Source: an uncultured Spirochaetota bacterium
GTDB taxonomy: Bacteria > Spirochaetota > Spirochaetia > SZUA-6 > Fen-1364
Direction: 5' to 3'
DNA length: 64,000 bases
Assembly: GCA_963781885.1 (NCBI GenBank)
Contig: CAWAHW010000007.1
Coordinates: 160,001-224,000 of the forward strand
The notes beneath the pieces were generated by a model. It was not told where the DNA came from, did no database searches, and saw only the letters and a program-made list of their open reading frames with translations. The position numbers and the translations under genes were made by a program. This document shows positions 9,518 to 18,700 of this stretch, piece after piece (within the stretch, counting starts at the first letter, position 1; every line of letters begins with the position of its first letter).

Positions 9518-10006
9518 ATGAAACGCACAATCATCATCGTCGTGATCCTGTTCGTGTTCTCCGGTTCTGCGGCCTTTGCCGCCGAGGCGCCGTGCCCGTG
9601 GAGCTTTCAGTCCGAGTTCGATCTCTACCTGTCGCTGAAAGCCGGTGCCGAGTACCGGTTCTCCGACCACTTCGGGATACGCGGCACGCTTGGGGCGTGC
9701 GTCATCTCCCCCACCCAGTTCTCCTGGACGCTCGCGGGTGTCGACCACTTCCTCGGCCCCGCGAGCAGGTTCCAGTTGGATCTCCATCTCGGCCTCATTG
9801 AGGACATCATCGATGTCCTGGGCCCGCTCCCCTCCACCTACCTGGTTCCCGGCGCCTGTCTTTCTTTCGGCTACCTGTCGCCCTCCGGCCACGGAATTGC
9901 GATACGCGTCGGGGCCGGGGTCACCATCGGCTACGACCTGGGCGCATGGCAGAAGCCGGGTTTCCTGCCCGACCTCGCCCTGGAATACAGCTGGCGCCCA
10001 CGGTAA
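9518..10006 (+). CDS. Exported, probably outer-membrane beta-strand protein
   Basis: Signal peptide MKRTIIIVVILFVFSGSAAFA, alternating beta-strands, C-terminal LEYSW. Confidence 0.7.
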   Translation: MKRTIIIVVILFVFSGSAAFAAEAPCPWSFQSEFDLYLSLKAGAEYRFSDHFGIRGTLGACVISPTQFSWTLAGVDHFLGPASRFQLDLHLGLIEDIIDVLGPLPSTYLVPGACLSFGYLSPSGHGIAIRVGAGVTIGYDLGAWQKPGFLPDLALEYSWRPR

Positions 10007-10027
10007 ACGGGCGGACCCTCCGCAGCC

Positions 10028-10327
10028 CCGCGAATGCCACGGATTACAAATGCCGCGGAACTGCGCGGAGTACCGTGCAAGGTACCGCGGCCGGTGTGGC
10101 CGCGAATGCCACGGACTACAAATGCCGCGGAACTGCGCGGAGTACCGTGCAAGGTACCGCGGCCGGTGTGGCCGCGAATGCCACGGATTACAAATGCCGC
10201 GGAACTGCGTGGAGTACCGTGCAAGGTACCGCGGCCGGTGTGGCCGCGATTGCCACGGATTACAAATGCCGCGGAACTGCGTGGAGTACCGTGCAAGGTA
10301 CCGCGGCCGGTGTGGCCGCGATTGCCA
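10028..10327. repeat. Intergenic tandem repeat, 72-bp unit, about 4.2 copies
   Basis: Units start at 10028, 10100, 10172, 10244 and 10316 (partial): CCGCGAATGCCACGGATTACAAATGCCGCGGAACTGCGCGGAGTACCGTGCAAGGTACCGCGGCCGGTGTGG. Only a few substitutions between units, no spacers. Confidence 0.97.
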
Positions 10328-10359
10328 GATCGGTGACCGGCTGATACCATGGCGGCATC

Positions 10360-12915
10360 ATGAGTGACACGGCGCAGGCTTTGGCGGCGAAAAACCGCGT
10401 GCCCCGGTTCACGATGTTAGGCGTCGTTCTGGTCTGCATCGTGCTGTACTACTTCCTCACCTCTTTCCTGTTCGTCTTCGTCTGGGCGCGCAGCATCCCG
10501 ACGGAGTTCTTCATGAGCCACCTGGCGCAGGGTGGCGCGGCGGCCTCTTCCATGCGGACCTCCGAGCTGTCGCAGAACTTTTTCCTTTTTACCCTGCGCG
10601 CGCCGCCCGCGGTCCACACCTGGGTGACGTTTCTGCGGATCTTTTCCATCGTGTGCGTGCTGTCCATCCTGCTCATGCATGCGCCGCTCCGCGGCATGCT
10701 CACCCTGCGCCGCCACGGCCGTTCCGTGCCCGACATGCTCGTGGAGAAATGCGAAAAGCTCGCGCTGCGCTCCGCGAGGAGCACGGCGGGTCTTTTCTTC
10801 ACCGCGGCCGCGGCCGACGTGGCGATCCAGATCGTCAAGATGCTCGCCAGCGACGGAAACATCTCCGCCGGCGCCCCGCGGAGCGTCCCCTTCCTCATCG
10901 TCGTGGCGCTGCTGGTGACATTTTTCATCTACTTCTGGCAGAACCACCGCATCACGGGCACGTACTCCCCGTTCGTCTTTACGCGCGCCGGTTTCGTCCA
11001 GGCGCAGCCGCGCCTGGGGCGCAAGAGCATCCGGTCCCAGATGTGGCTCTCCAAGGTCATCACGGCGCTCCTTCCGATGATCATCGTGCTGCTCTACCTC
11101 CTTGCGTTCGTGTCGCGGACGGATATCCACGCGCTTCCCCCTGATCAGAGGCAGCTTCTCCTGGGGAATTTCGCGAGCGTCTACGCCGCGGTGGACAAGG
11201 CAGGCGACATTCCCGCCAAGGCGGTCTTCATCGCGCCGTACCTGACGGTGGTGGACACCTTCCTCTTCATCGGCGGCGTGAGCGCCGCCTTCGTCATCTC
11301 ACTCGTGCTTCTCCTTCTGATCGCGCAATGGTCGACCCTCTCCATTGTCGTGCCGCTCCAAGAGCTGCAGAAGAACGTGATGAAGACCGCGCAAGGGGAC
11401 TTCACGCACGTCACGCCGGTGCGCGACACCGACGAAATTGGCGAGCTCACGGAGAACTTCAACTCCATGCTCGCGAGTCTCCGGGAGTCGGACAGGTTTC
11501 GCATCGAAAAGGAGGCCGCGGAAAAGGCGAATCTCGCCAAGAGCGCCTTCCTGGCCAACATGAGTCACGAGCTGCGCACGCCGCTGAATGCCATCCTCGG
11601 TTTCTCCCAGCTCCTTTCGCGCGGGGAGAACCTCGACCAGGACCAGCGCGACAACATAGGGACCATCACGCAGAGCGGGACGCACCTGCTTGCCCTCATC
11701 AACGACATCCTGGACATGTCGAAGATCGAGGCGGGCCGCGCGGAGCTCAACGCGCATGCCTTCGATCTGCGCGAGATGCTCACCTCCCTGGAGGCGATGT
11801 TCTCCCTGAAGGCGCGGGAAAAGGGGCTCGCCCTGATCTTCGACGTCGCCCCCGATGTGCCGCCGTACGTCGTGAGCGATGAGGGGAAGCTGCGCCAGGT
11901 GATCGTGAACCTCGTGGGCAACGCGGTGAAGTTCACCACCACCGGAGGGGCCACGCTGCGGGTACGCGCGCGGCCCGAGCCGGGAAACGACGTGCGGCTT
12001 TTCTTCGAGGTGGAGGACACGGGGGTGGGCATCGCCCCGGAAGAGATCGCGAACCTCTTCGAGCCGTTCGTGCAGACGAAAAGCGGATCCGAGGCCCAGG
12101 AAGGGACGGGCCTGGGGCTTCCCATCAGCCGTAAATACGTCTCGCTCATGGGGGGCAAGGTCACCGCGAAAAGCGAACCCGGCAAGGGAAGCATCTTCAG
12201 CTTCGACGTGCGGGTGGGTCCGGCGGATCCCAGCCAGGTGAGCGCGCCGAAATCGCGGAGGAGGGTGATCGGGGCGGCGCCCGGCCAACAGCGCTTCAGG
12301 ATCCTCATCGCGGAGGACCGGGATTCCAACCGTACGCTCCTCATGAAGATGCTGGAGCCGCTCGGTCTGGACGTGAAGGGCGTGCGCAACGGGGCGGAGT
12401 GCGTCGCGACGTGGGAGTCGTGGGAGCCGCATCTGATCTGGATGGACATGCGCATGCCCGTGATGGACGGCTACGAGGCGACACGGCGCATCAAGGCGAC
12501 GGCGCGGGGCCAGGCCACCGTCATCATCGCCATCACGGCGAGCGCGTTTGAGAGCGACCGCAGGCTCATCCTCACGGAGGGCTGCGACGACTTCGTGCGC
12601 AAGCCTTTCATCGAGGACGAGATCTACGAGAAGCTGGAGAAGCACCTGGGGCTGCGCCTCCTCGTTGCCGAGGAATCCGCGGCCGCGGGCGGCGAGGCCG
12701 CGCCCGGCGCGTCTCTTGCGGCGGAGGACGTCGCGACGCTCCCCGCCGAATGGCGCGACGCGTTCCGCAAGGCGACTGCCGACGCGGACTACGCGCGGCT
12801 TCTGTCGATGCTGGGCGAGATCGGCACGCAGCACCCCGCTGTCGCCCGGGCGCTCGGACAGCTCGTGGAGTCATTCCAGTATGAGAAGATTCTCGCGGCG
12901 CTCGGCGCGGTGTGA
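10360..12915 (+). CDS. Membrane-bound HAMP hybrid sensor histidine kinase
   Basis: Several N-terminal TM segments, HAMP (DEIGELTENFNSML), MSHELRTPLNAILG, GTGLGL, REC (WMDMRMPVMDG). Confidence 0.92.
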   Translation: MSDTAQALAAKNRVPRFTMLGVVLVCIVLYYFLTSFLFVFVWARSIPTEFFMSHLAQGGAAASSMRTSELSQNFFLFTLRAPPAVHTWVTFLRIFSIVCVLSILLMHAPLRGMLTLRRHGRSVPDMLVEKCEKLALRSARSTAGLFFTAAAADVAIQIVKMLASDGNISAGAPRSVPFLIVVALLVTFFIYFWQNHRITGTYSPFVFTRAGFVQAQPRLGRKSIRSQMWLSKVITALLPMIIVLLYLLAFVSRTDIHALPPDQRQLLLGNFASVYAAVDKAGDIPAKAVFIAPYLTVVDTFLFIGGVSAAFVISLVLLLLIAQWSTLSIVVPLQELQKNVMKTAQGDFTHVTPVRDTDEIGELTENFNSMLASLRESDRFRIEKEAAEKANLAKSAFLANMSHELRTPLNAILGFSQLLSRGENLDQDQRDNIGTITQSGTHLLALINDILDMSKIEAGRAELNAHAFDLREMLTSLEAMFSLKAREKGLALIFDVAPDVPPYVVSDEGKLRQVIVNLVGNAVKFTTTGGATLRVRARPEPGNDVRLFFEVEDTGVGIAPEEIANLFEPFVQTKSGSEAQEGTGLGLPISRKYVSLMGGKVTAKSEPGKGSIFSFDVRVGPADPSQVSAPKSRRRVIGAAPGQQRFRILIAEDRDSNRTLLMKMLEPLGLDVKGVRNGAECVATWESWEPHLIWMDMRMPVMDGYEATRRIKATARGQATVIIAITASAFESDRRLILTEGCDDFVRKPFIEDEIYEKLEKHLGLRLLVAEESAAAGGEAAPGASLAAEDVATLPAEWRDAFRKATADADYARLLSMLGEIGTQHPAVARALGQLVESFQYEKILAALGAV

Positions 12916-12962
12916 CAGAAGCGGCGCTGTTATCGGCATGCCGCCTATGATACTATTCCGGC

Positions 12963-13340
12963 ATGTCGACGAGCGAGTCCGAACTCGCCCAGATGCGCAG
13001 AAACCTGGAGGAAAAAGCGGCGCGGCGCGCGCAGGCGCTCCAGGAACGCCTTGGCGAAGCACGGCGTGATTTCACGAACATCGTGGGACACATCGTGGAG
13101 ACGTATCGACCGGTGCGCATCCGCCAGTGGGGTTCCCTTGTCGATGGAGCCCACTTCCAGGAATGGTCCGACATCGATATCGCCGTGGAGGGTATCACGT
13201 CCGCCGAGGTTTTTTTTGCAATCCTCCGCGACGCGGAGGCCATGAGCAGGTTCGCCGTGGATCTGGTGCAGATGGAAACGATCCATCCCGCATTCGCCGA
13301 ATCCATCCGGGAACGCGGCAGGATTGTCTATGAGCGATAG
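12963..13340 (+). CDS. Minimal nucleotidyltransferase (MntA-like antitoxin)
   Basis: GS...SDIDIAVEG and VDLV motifs, 125 aa, overlaps the downstream HEPN gene. Confidence 0.85.
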   Translation: MSTSESELAQMRRNLEEKAARRAQALQERLGEARRDFTNIVGHIVETYRPVRIRQWGSLVDGAHFQEWSDIDIAVEGITSAEVFFAILRDAEAMSRFAVDLVQMETIHPAFAESIRERGRIVYER

Positions 13341-13815
13341 TACGGCGATACTCGTCGGCGAGATTCAAAGGGTCTCTTCCGTCCTGTTGGACGTCGACGC
13401 ACGATTGGAGACTTTTCGCGGCAAGGAACTCGCCCTTCTCGGCCGAACAAACGTCACCGCGGTGTTCGTCGCCCAGGTGCTGGACAACTACTGCACGGCG
13501 CTTGAGACTCTGTTCCTGCGCATCTCTCAGTTCTTCGAGAACAATCTCGTGGCCGATCGCTGGCATGCCGACCTTCTGGACAAGATGATGCTCCACGTTC
13601 CCGATGTCCGGGAACGGGTCCTGTCAGACGAATGCGGTCGCCTGTTGCAGGAGCTGCTCCGTTTCAGGCATTTCAAGCGATACTACTACGAGCTGGATTT
13701 CGATTGGCTCAAGCTTGACTACCTGCTTTCCGTGTACGAGCGCGCAAAACCATTGGTGCAGCGTGATCTCCTGGCATTCTCTGATTTCCTTGGGAGGCTG
13801 GCAAACACCAACTGA
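13330..13815 (+). CDS. HEPN-domain (HepT-like) ribonuclease toxin
   Basis: Y..LE..F.RI, WH..LL..M, L.EL.RFRHFKRYYY (variant of RX4HXY). Coupled to the MNT gene. Confidence 0.8.
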   Translation: MSDSTAILVGEIQRVSSVLLDVDARLETFRGKELALLGRTNVTAVFVAQVLDNYCTALETLFLRISQFFENNLVADRWHADLLDKMMLHVPDVRERVLSDECGRLLQELLRFRHFKRYYYELDFDWLKLDYLLSVYERAKPLVQRDLLAFSDFLGRLANTN

Positions 13816-14048
13816 TAATGCTTTGCGAGGATGTCGGGACCGCTTTTCTTATTCCGTGTCGCCAACAGTCGTTCAGGGGATCAAGTCGGGCAAGCGGAAG
13901 AACATCCAGTACAAAACACCGAAAGCGCGAAAGCGCTGACGCTCGCCCTGGCCTATCAAATTGAGTTCAAAAGGAGGCATGCGGCAAAAACGTGAGGGGG
14001 CTCCTGTGCCGTCATGCCATTTGGTCTCTGTACTCCTTTTCCCGGTCG

Positions 14049-14744
14049 CTATTTCACCTTGATGAAGTAGTTGACCGTCACGCTCTTGGACCTGGTTTCG
14101 GAACCGACGCGGGCCGCCACCAGTGACATTCCGGCGCCGTTCGACCAAGGCCCGTTCACCGTGGTGACCATCCCCACATGGGGCGGATCATTTGTGATGG
14201 CCGTCCAGGTCCCGGTCAAGCCGAAATAGCTTCCGCCGGTTGGGGCATAGGGGCTGGGGGCAGGGATTCCGTGGCCGGCGGACGTGTCATCCAGCCAGTT
14301 GTGCATATGGTCCTGCAATTGGTCGGCTTCATAAGTCCCGATGGCGCTCTCGCCAGCCGGATCCTGTTTGCCGTCGCTGCGTCCATTGTTCTTGCCTCGC
14401 AGGAAGACGCCCCTGAGGTCGGGCAGGGTGGATTGCCCAGTAGCGGTCTGGTAGGTGCTCGGGGCGGCGCTGCCGTCAGCAATGAGCCACAGGCCTGCGC
14501 CGCACTGGGCGTCCATCTGAGCCTGGGTCAGGGTCGAAGCGATGATCGTGCCGATTGGCACGGCATTGTCAGCGGCTTGGGCTTGCAGCGCGTTGATGGC
14601 GGTCACAAGAGTAGTGAGATAGGTGTCCATTGCGCTCGCGTTGATAGCGCTGTTAGCCGTGAAGGTCGGGGCTGAAACCGCCTGGGCCCCGAGCGAGGCT
14701 GTCATTCCTAACACTGCAATAAAAACAATGGCTGATCGCTTCAT
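14049..14744 (-). CDS. Secreted protein with a phage tail-collar/tail-fibre domain
   Basis: Sec signal (MKRSAIVFIAVLGMTASLGA), VPIGTII, W..ADG, LPDLRGVFLRG, G..E.DQLQDH.H, ETRSKSVTVNYFIK. Confidence 0.8.
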   Translation of the reverse strand: MKRSAIVFIAVLGMTASLGAQAVSAPTFTANSAINASAMDTYLTTLVTAINALQAQAADNAVPIGTIIASTLTQAQMDAQCGAGLWLIADGSAAPSTYQTATGQSTLPDLRGVFLRGKNNGRSDGKQDPAGESAIGTYEADQLQDHMHNWLDDTSAGHGIPAPSPYAPTGGSYFGLTGTWTAITNDPPHVGMVTTVNGPWSNGAGMSLVAARVGSETRSKSVTVNYFIKVK

Positions 14745-14819
14745 GCTACCCCCCGCTTTTCCAACTGATTGATGAACTCATTCATTTTGTTTGCCATAGT
14801 CTCCTCCTGTATTGTGCCC

Positions 14820-16274
14820 TTATTGCCAGGTGGCTTGGTCCCAGTTCGACGAGTCCCACTTTCCTGGTCCGCAGATATTGAACACGCCGCTCAGGATCGT
14901 GGAATCCTGCCAGTTTGCTTGATGTGCGATTGCCGTGATTGTCAGACTTCTGCTGGTACCTTGATCTCCTAACGCAGCAGATATCGCCCCGGTGTAAGTC
15001 GCTCCCGAAACGTCAGGAGGTGATGCCAGTGAGCCCGTCGTGGACGTGGAATAGGTCATGGTTGCTGTGCCGCCGCCGCCGTTTGCGCAGGCCAGCGTCA
15101 CGGTCTGTGCCGCCGCATAATATGTCGCCAGGGGCTGGACACCACTAAAAGTCGGCGTCGACAATTGGAATGTGTAGGGCACTGATGTCGTGAGGGGGGA
15201 CTGGCTCGTACCTGTCCCGACAAAGGCTACAGCCTTAAGCGTGACGCTACCGGACGGCAAAGCACAATAGAAGTTGCTGCCGTTCGTAATCAGGTAGGTT
15301 TTTCCTGGCGCACTGGCAATTGGATACGGCGGAGTAGGCGTTGCAGTCAGGAGCACCGGACTGGATGTCGGGTCCGGAGCAGTCGTGCCGTCAATGGTAA
15401 ACGCGATTGCCGCGTTTGTGGTGGTTGAGGAAATGCTGAAGATGGGCTGCGGAGTCACCGCAGAGAGAAAGAGAGGGCCACCGTTGACCGTTATGCTGGG
15501 CGCAGCCGGTAGCGATGTGGAGAAGTTTGCGGTCACTATGCTTGAATTGGTCATTCCTGTGACGACAGCCATCGCCCGAATCATACCGGTCCCGGCGCTT
15601 AAGAAATTGAATGCAAAGGGGGATGTGTACTTGGTAGTCGTTGCACCGACTGCGCCAACAGAAGGCGCGGAACCATCAACAGTATAGTAAATCGTTGCGC
15701 TCGGGTTGGAGCATGTGATTGTGACAGTGGTAATTCCGCTCGGAATGCACTGATTGTTGCCGCCGCTAAAAGCCGGCATGGGCGCCGAATCGATGCCAAT
15801 GCCCGTGAGGTTGAAGGAGAAAGTCGAGGCGGACACGTCGTTCGTGGCGAAGACGGCACTGGCGGCTTTGGCCCCGCTCACATCGGGTTTGAATGCAATG
15901 GTAAACGTGGCGCTGGCCGATGGCGCCAGGTTGGCGGGCGGCGGGGCCTTGTATGAAAAGCAGCCCGCATTGGCGCCCGCACACGTGCTTGAAGATATCG
16001 TAAGGGCAACCTTGCCGGTATTCTTTACCGTGAAGCTGGTAGTCGCCGCGGGATCACTGACGCCAACGGTTCCGAAATCGTATGAACCGCCATTCGCAAT
16101 GGCCGTGGAAGTGGCGTCGACGACGGTGACTTCGATCTTCGATGAAGCGGCAACCTGTCCCATTGTCCTGACAGCTTGCGTCAACGGGTTTGGGCACGAT
16201 ACCAAAACAGCAAGGAGAATAAGAACTACCGCTCTGCCGATGTGCCACGCGCTCAGGCGTTTGATTTCTCGCAT
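14820..16274 (-). CDS. Ser/Thr-rich surface lipoprotein with an Ig-like (choice-of-anchor D/ASH-like) domain and chitobiase/Fn3-associated repeats
   Basis: Lipobox LVSC, YDFG.V..FTVKNTG..L, three repeats of the IYYTVDGS.P type, C-terminal WDSSNWDQATWQ. Confidence 0.8.
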   Translation of the reverse strand: MREIKRLSAWHIGRAVVLILLAVLVSCPNPLTQAVRTMGQVAASSKIEVTVVDATSTAIANGGSYDFGTVGVSDPAATTSFTVKNTGKVALTISSSTCAGANAGCFSYKAPPPANLAPSASATFTIAFKPDVSGAKAASAVFATNDVSASTFSFNLTGIGIDSAPMPAFSGGNNQCIPSGITTVTITCSNPSATIYYTVDGSAPSVGAVGATTTKYTSPFAFNFLSAGTGMIRAMAVVTGMTNSSIVTANFSTSLPAAPSITVNGGPLFLSAVTPQPIFSISSTTTNAAIAFTIDGTTAPDPTSSPVLLTATPTPPYPIASAPGKTYLITNGSNFYCALPSGSVTLKAVAFVGTGTSQSPLTTSVPYTFQLSTPTFSGVQPLATYYAAAQTVTLACANGGGGTATMTYSTSTTGSLASPPDVSGATYTGAISAALGDQGTSRSLTITAIAHQANWQDSTILSGVFNICGPGKWDSSNWDQATWQ

Positions 16275-16292
16275 TTTTGGTTTTCCTTGCAG

Positions 16293-18366
16293 TTAGAACC
16301 ACACCACGCTGCCGCTGTCCACCTCGGCGGCCCTTGTTCCGGAAGTTCCCGCCTGGGCAAGCTCGGCATATTTATCCGCCGCCTGGGGGTCGATCTGGCG
16401 GACCTTGTTCAGGGCGGATGCAGCGTCATCTTTCTTCCCCAGAGCGGCAGCGGCTCTCGCGATATTGACATAAAGCCCCGCGTTGTCGGTCACCTGCTTC
16501 GCGGCTTCCTGGTAATATGCAAAGGCGCCCGCCGGATCGGACTTGACCATCGCGATGTTGCCGAGATTCACCAGCGCGGAGACCGATCCCGCCTTGGCTG
16601 CGCCCTGCAGATCTCGCAGTGCATCGTCGTAGCGGCCATATTTTGCATACAGCACGCCCCGCTTGTTCAGGGCATTGCCGACCGCGGGGCCGTTGACCGG
16701 CAAAGCGCCCATTTCCGCGATCCGCGCGCCAAGCTCGGCGTCCACTGCCTTTGAAAGCTCCGTTTCAAACGCTGCTCCGACCTTGTCGCTCGGCGGCAGC
16801 GCAACGCTCGTGCCGTCAGCGGGCAGGCCCATCGGCGCATAGGTCTTCCAGGAGTCATGCATGGGGTAGAAGGCGGCGGCCTGCCGGGACGAGGCGTCGC
16901 GCCACTCCTCGGCGCCTTTCTTCCAGATGTCGATGAAACCCGAATCGCGCATCGTCGTTTCGATGGGCACCCAGAACCTTGTCGCCCTGGAAGATGAGAT
17001 CATTCTGATCCATCGCCCGCGCCATCGCCTCGTCGCGCGAGATACCGAGGTCAATGGCGATAAGGATGTGACCAGGTATGGTGATGAAGGCCGTCTCGAC
17101 ACCGGCGGCCTCGAGGCAGGAGGCGTACAGCACCGACAGGTCGGCGCAGTCGCCTGCGCGGAAGGTAAGGGTCTGCCGGGGGAACTTGAGAGAGTCGACG
17201 GCGTCAGGATCGAGGACCGTCTGCTCGAAGGGGCGGGTGGTGCTCAGCATGTAGCCTATGCCGTAGGTCCCGAGGCCCTCATGAACCGCAATCGCGGTCT
17301 GGAGGTTTTTCGGAAGCTCGGGGTTGCGCTTGCTCTTCACCGTGGCCATGAAGTTCCCGGCCAGGTCGAGGACCCAGGGGTCCCTGCTCGAAACAAAGGC
17401 GGCCGCCTTGCGATCGTCGCTCCATGTGAGAGCGTTTCGGTCATAGACGACGACAGTCACGCTGCGGCTCTGGGAAATATCGACGTTATACTCCAACGAG
17501 ACTTCGCCGGTCACTTTGGTGGCTTCGGTGATGTCGAGGATGCGGTCATTAAAAAGGGCGTAGAGCGGCACTTCGATGGAGTTGCCCGGCTCCAGCCTGG
17601 CGATGGTTGCGCACTCCTTGGGAGCGTCCATGTACTGCTTGATGATGAAGCTGACCCGGACGTTACTGGCAGTCATCTTGCTCGTATTTGAGATCTTCGC
17701 CGTGCCGACGGGGTTCTGGTCGTAGAAGGAGCGCAGGACCGGGAAAACGCTCTTCATGCTGATGGAAAGCAGGTCGAGAAGTCGAGGCTTTTCCGCCTGG
17801 GCGGGTGCAGGGAACGAATAGTTGAGACCGACGACCCCGCCGACTCCGCCGTACATCCCCATTTTATAGAGAGCTGCAATGTCCAGCCGGGCGCCAAGGC
17901 TGGGGCTCAGTTTGTATCCCAGTCCCAGCCCGGCCTGGGCGACGGCGTATGCCGCGCTCTGGCCTGAAGAAAGGATGCCGAAAGCTCCACCGACATCCAG
18001 AAAGCCACGGAAAGAGAGGCCCCCTCCGATGTCGAGGCCGCTGCTTGCTCCCGCCAGGAGAAGAATCTCGTTTATGGAGCCCGCTACATCAAAGCCATTG
18101 TAGGGCAGGAATCCTGCGTAGTTATACCCGGCCCCCAGGCGGAGCGCGAGGGGAAAGGACAAAGGAAGGGCATATTCCGCGGTCAACTCCCCGCCCCATG
18201 CAGTGGAGAAGAGCTCAGAGTCCGTGCCATCGACTGCGATAAGTGGAAGGGCAACTGAGGGAGAGACGGTTATCGACCATGGTGATCTGGGTTGAGCGGG
18301 AGTCTGGGCCGATAGAGCGCCGACTGCCGCCAGTGCGATCGCAACTGTCCAAAATATTCGTTTCAC
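16293..18366 (-). pseudogene. Exported protein with N-terminal beta-barrel-like region, transglutaminase-like domain and C-terminal TPRs; +1 frameshift near 16976 (possibly a sequencing error)
   Basis: GTG 18366 with GGAGG RBS and signal peptide, GDCADLS..CLE..G and PGHI motifs. KV(c)WVPIETT joins ORF 16855..18513 to 16293..17102, which has TPRs (NKRGVLYAKYG, VNLGNI). Confidence 0.8.
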
Positions 18367-18587
18367 ATAAACCTCCGCCAACGACAACATGGAAGGCGCG
18401 CGGGCGATAGTGCCGGAATGACCGCGCCGGAACCGACTTGTACGATAAATGTGCCCCCCGTTGCCGTCCCCATCCACGCCACGACACATTCTCCTTATCA
18501 CGCAATTGGTCATGAGGCCCGAGCGCGCAGCACTTAAGTCGGGAGGTAAATGCGTTTGGAAGGCTGTAGCGGTCTCAGCCCTTTTGG

Positions 18588-18616
18588 ATTATATCATATT
18601 CGGCCCGTTGTAAAAA
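18588..18616 (-). promoter_or_regulatory. Sigma-70 promoter (extended -10) for the surface-module operon
   Basis: TGaTATAAT on the minus strand (TATAAT at 18588-18593) with an AT-rich -35 region, about 215 nt upstream of GTG 18366. Confidence 0.5.
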
Positions 18617-18700
18617 GTACTCAGTCCTTCAATACGTACCCATCGGGTGGCGGTCTACGACGAGCGGGACCACCTGTCTCACGCCGAATTGGAGTCTCTT

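Noticed and set aside
10028-10327. CRISPR array
   Set aside because: The whole 72-bp unit repeats with no unique spacers, and there are no cas genes in the window.
9931-10367. Repeat-protein ORFs across the 72-bp array
   Set aside because: Several frames are open simply because the unit is a multiple of 3. No RBS or preferred frame, and some overlap the upstream gene.
13816-14048. ncRNA or gene between the HEPN gene and the tail-collar gene
   Set aside because: Only a short hairpin (GCGC-GAAA-GCGC) and an isolated AGGAGG-ATG with a 5-codon ORF. Not enough to call a feature.
14049-14744. Prophage or tailocin
   Set aside because: Only one tail-collar-like gene, with a signal peptide. No capsid, terminase, sheath, baseplate, lysis or integrase genes.
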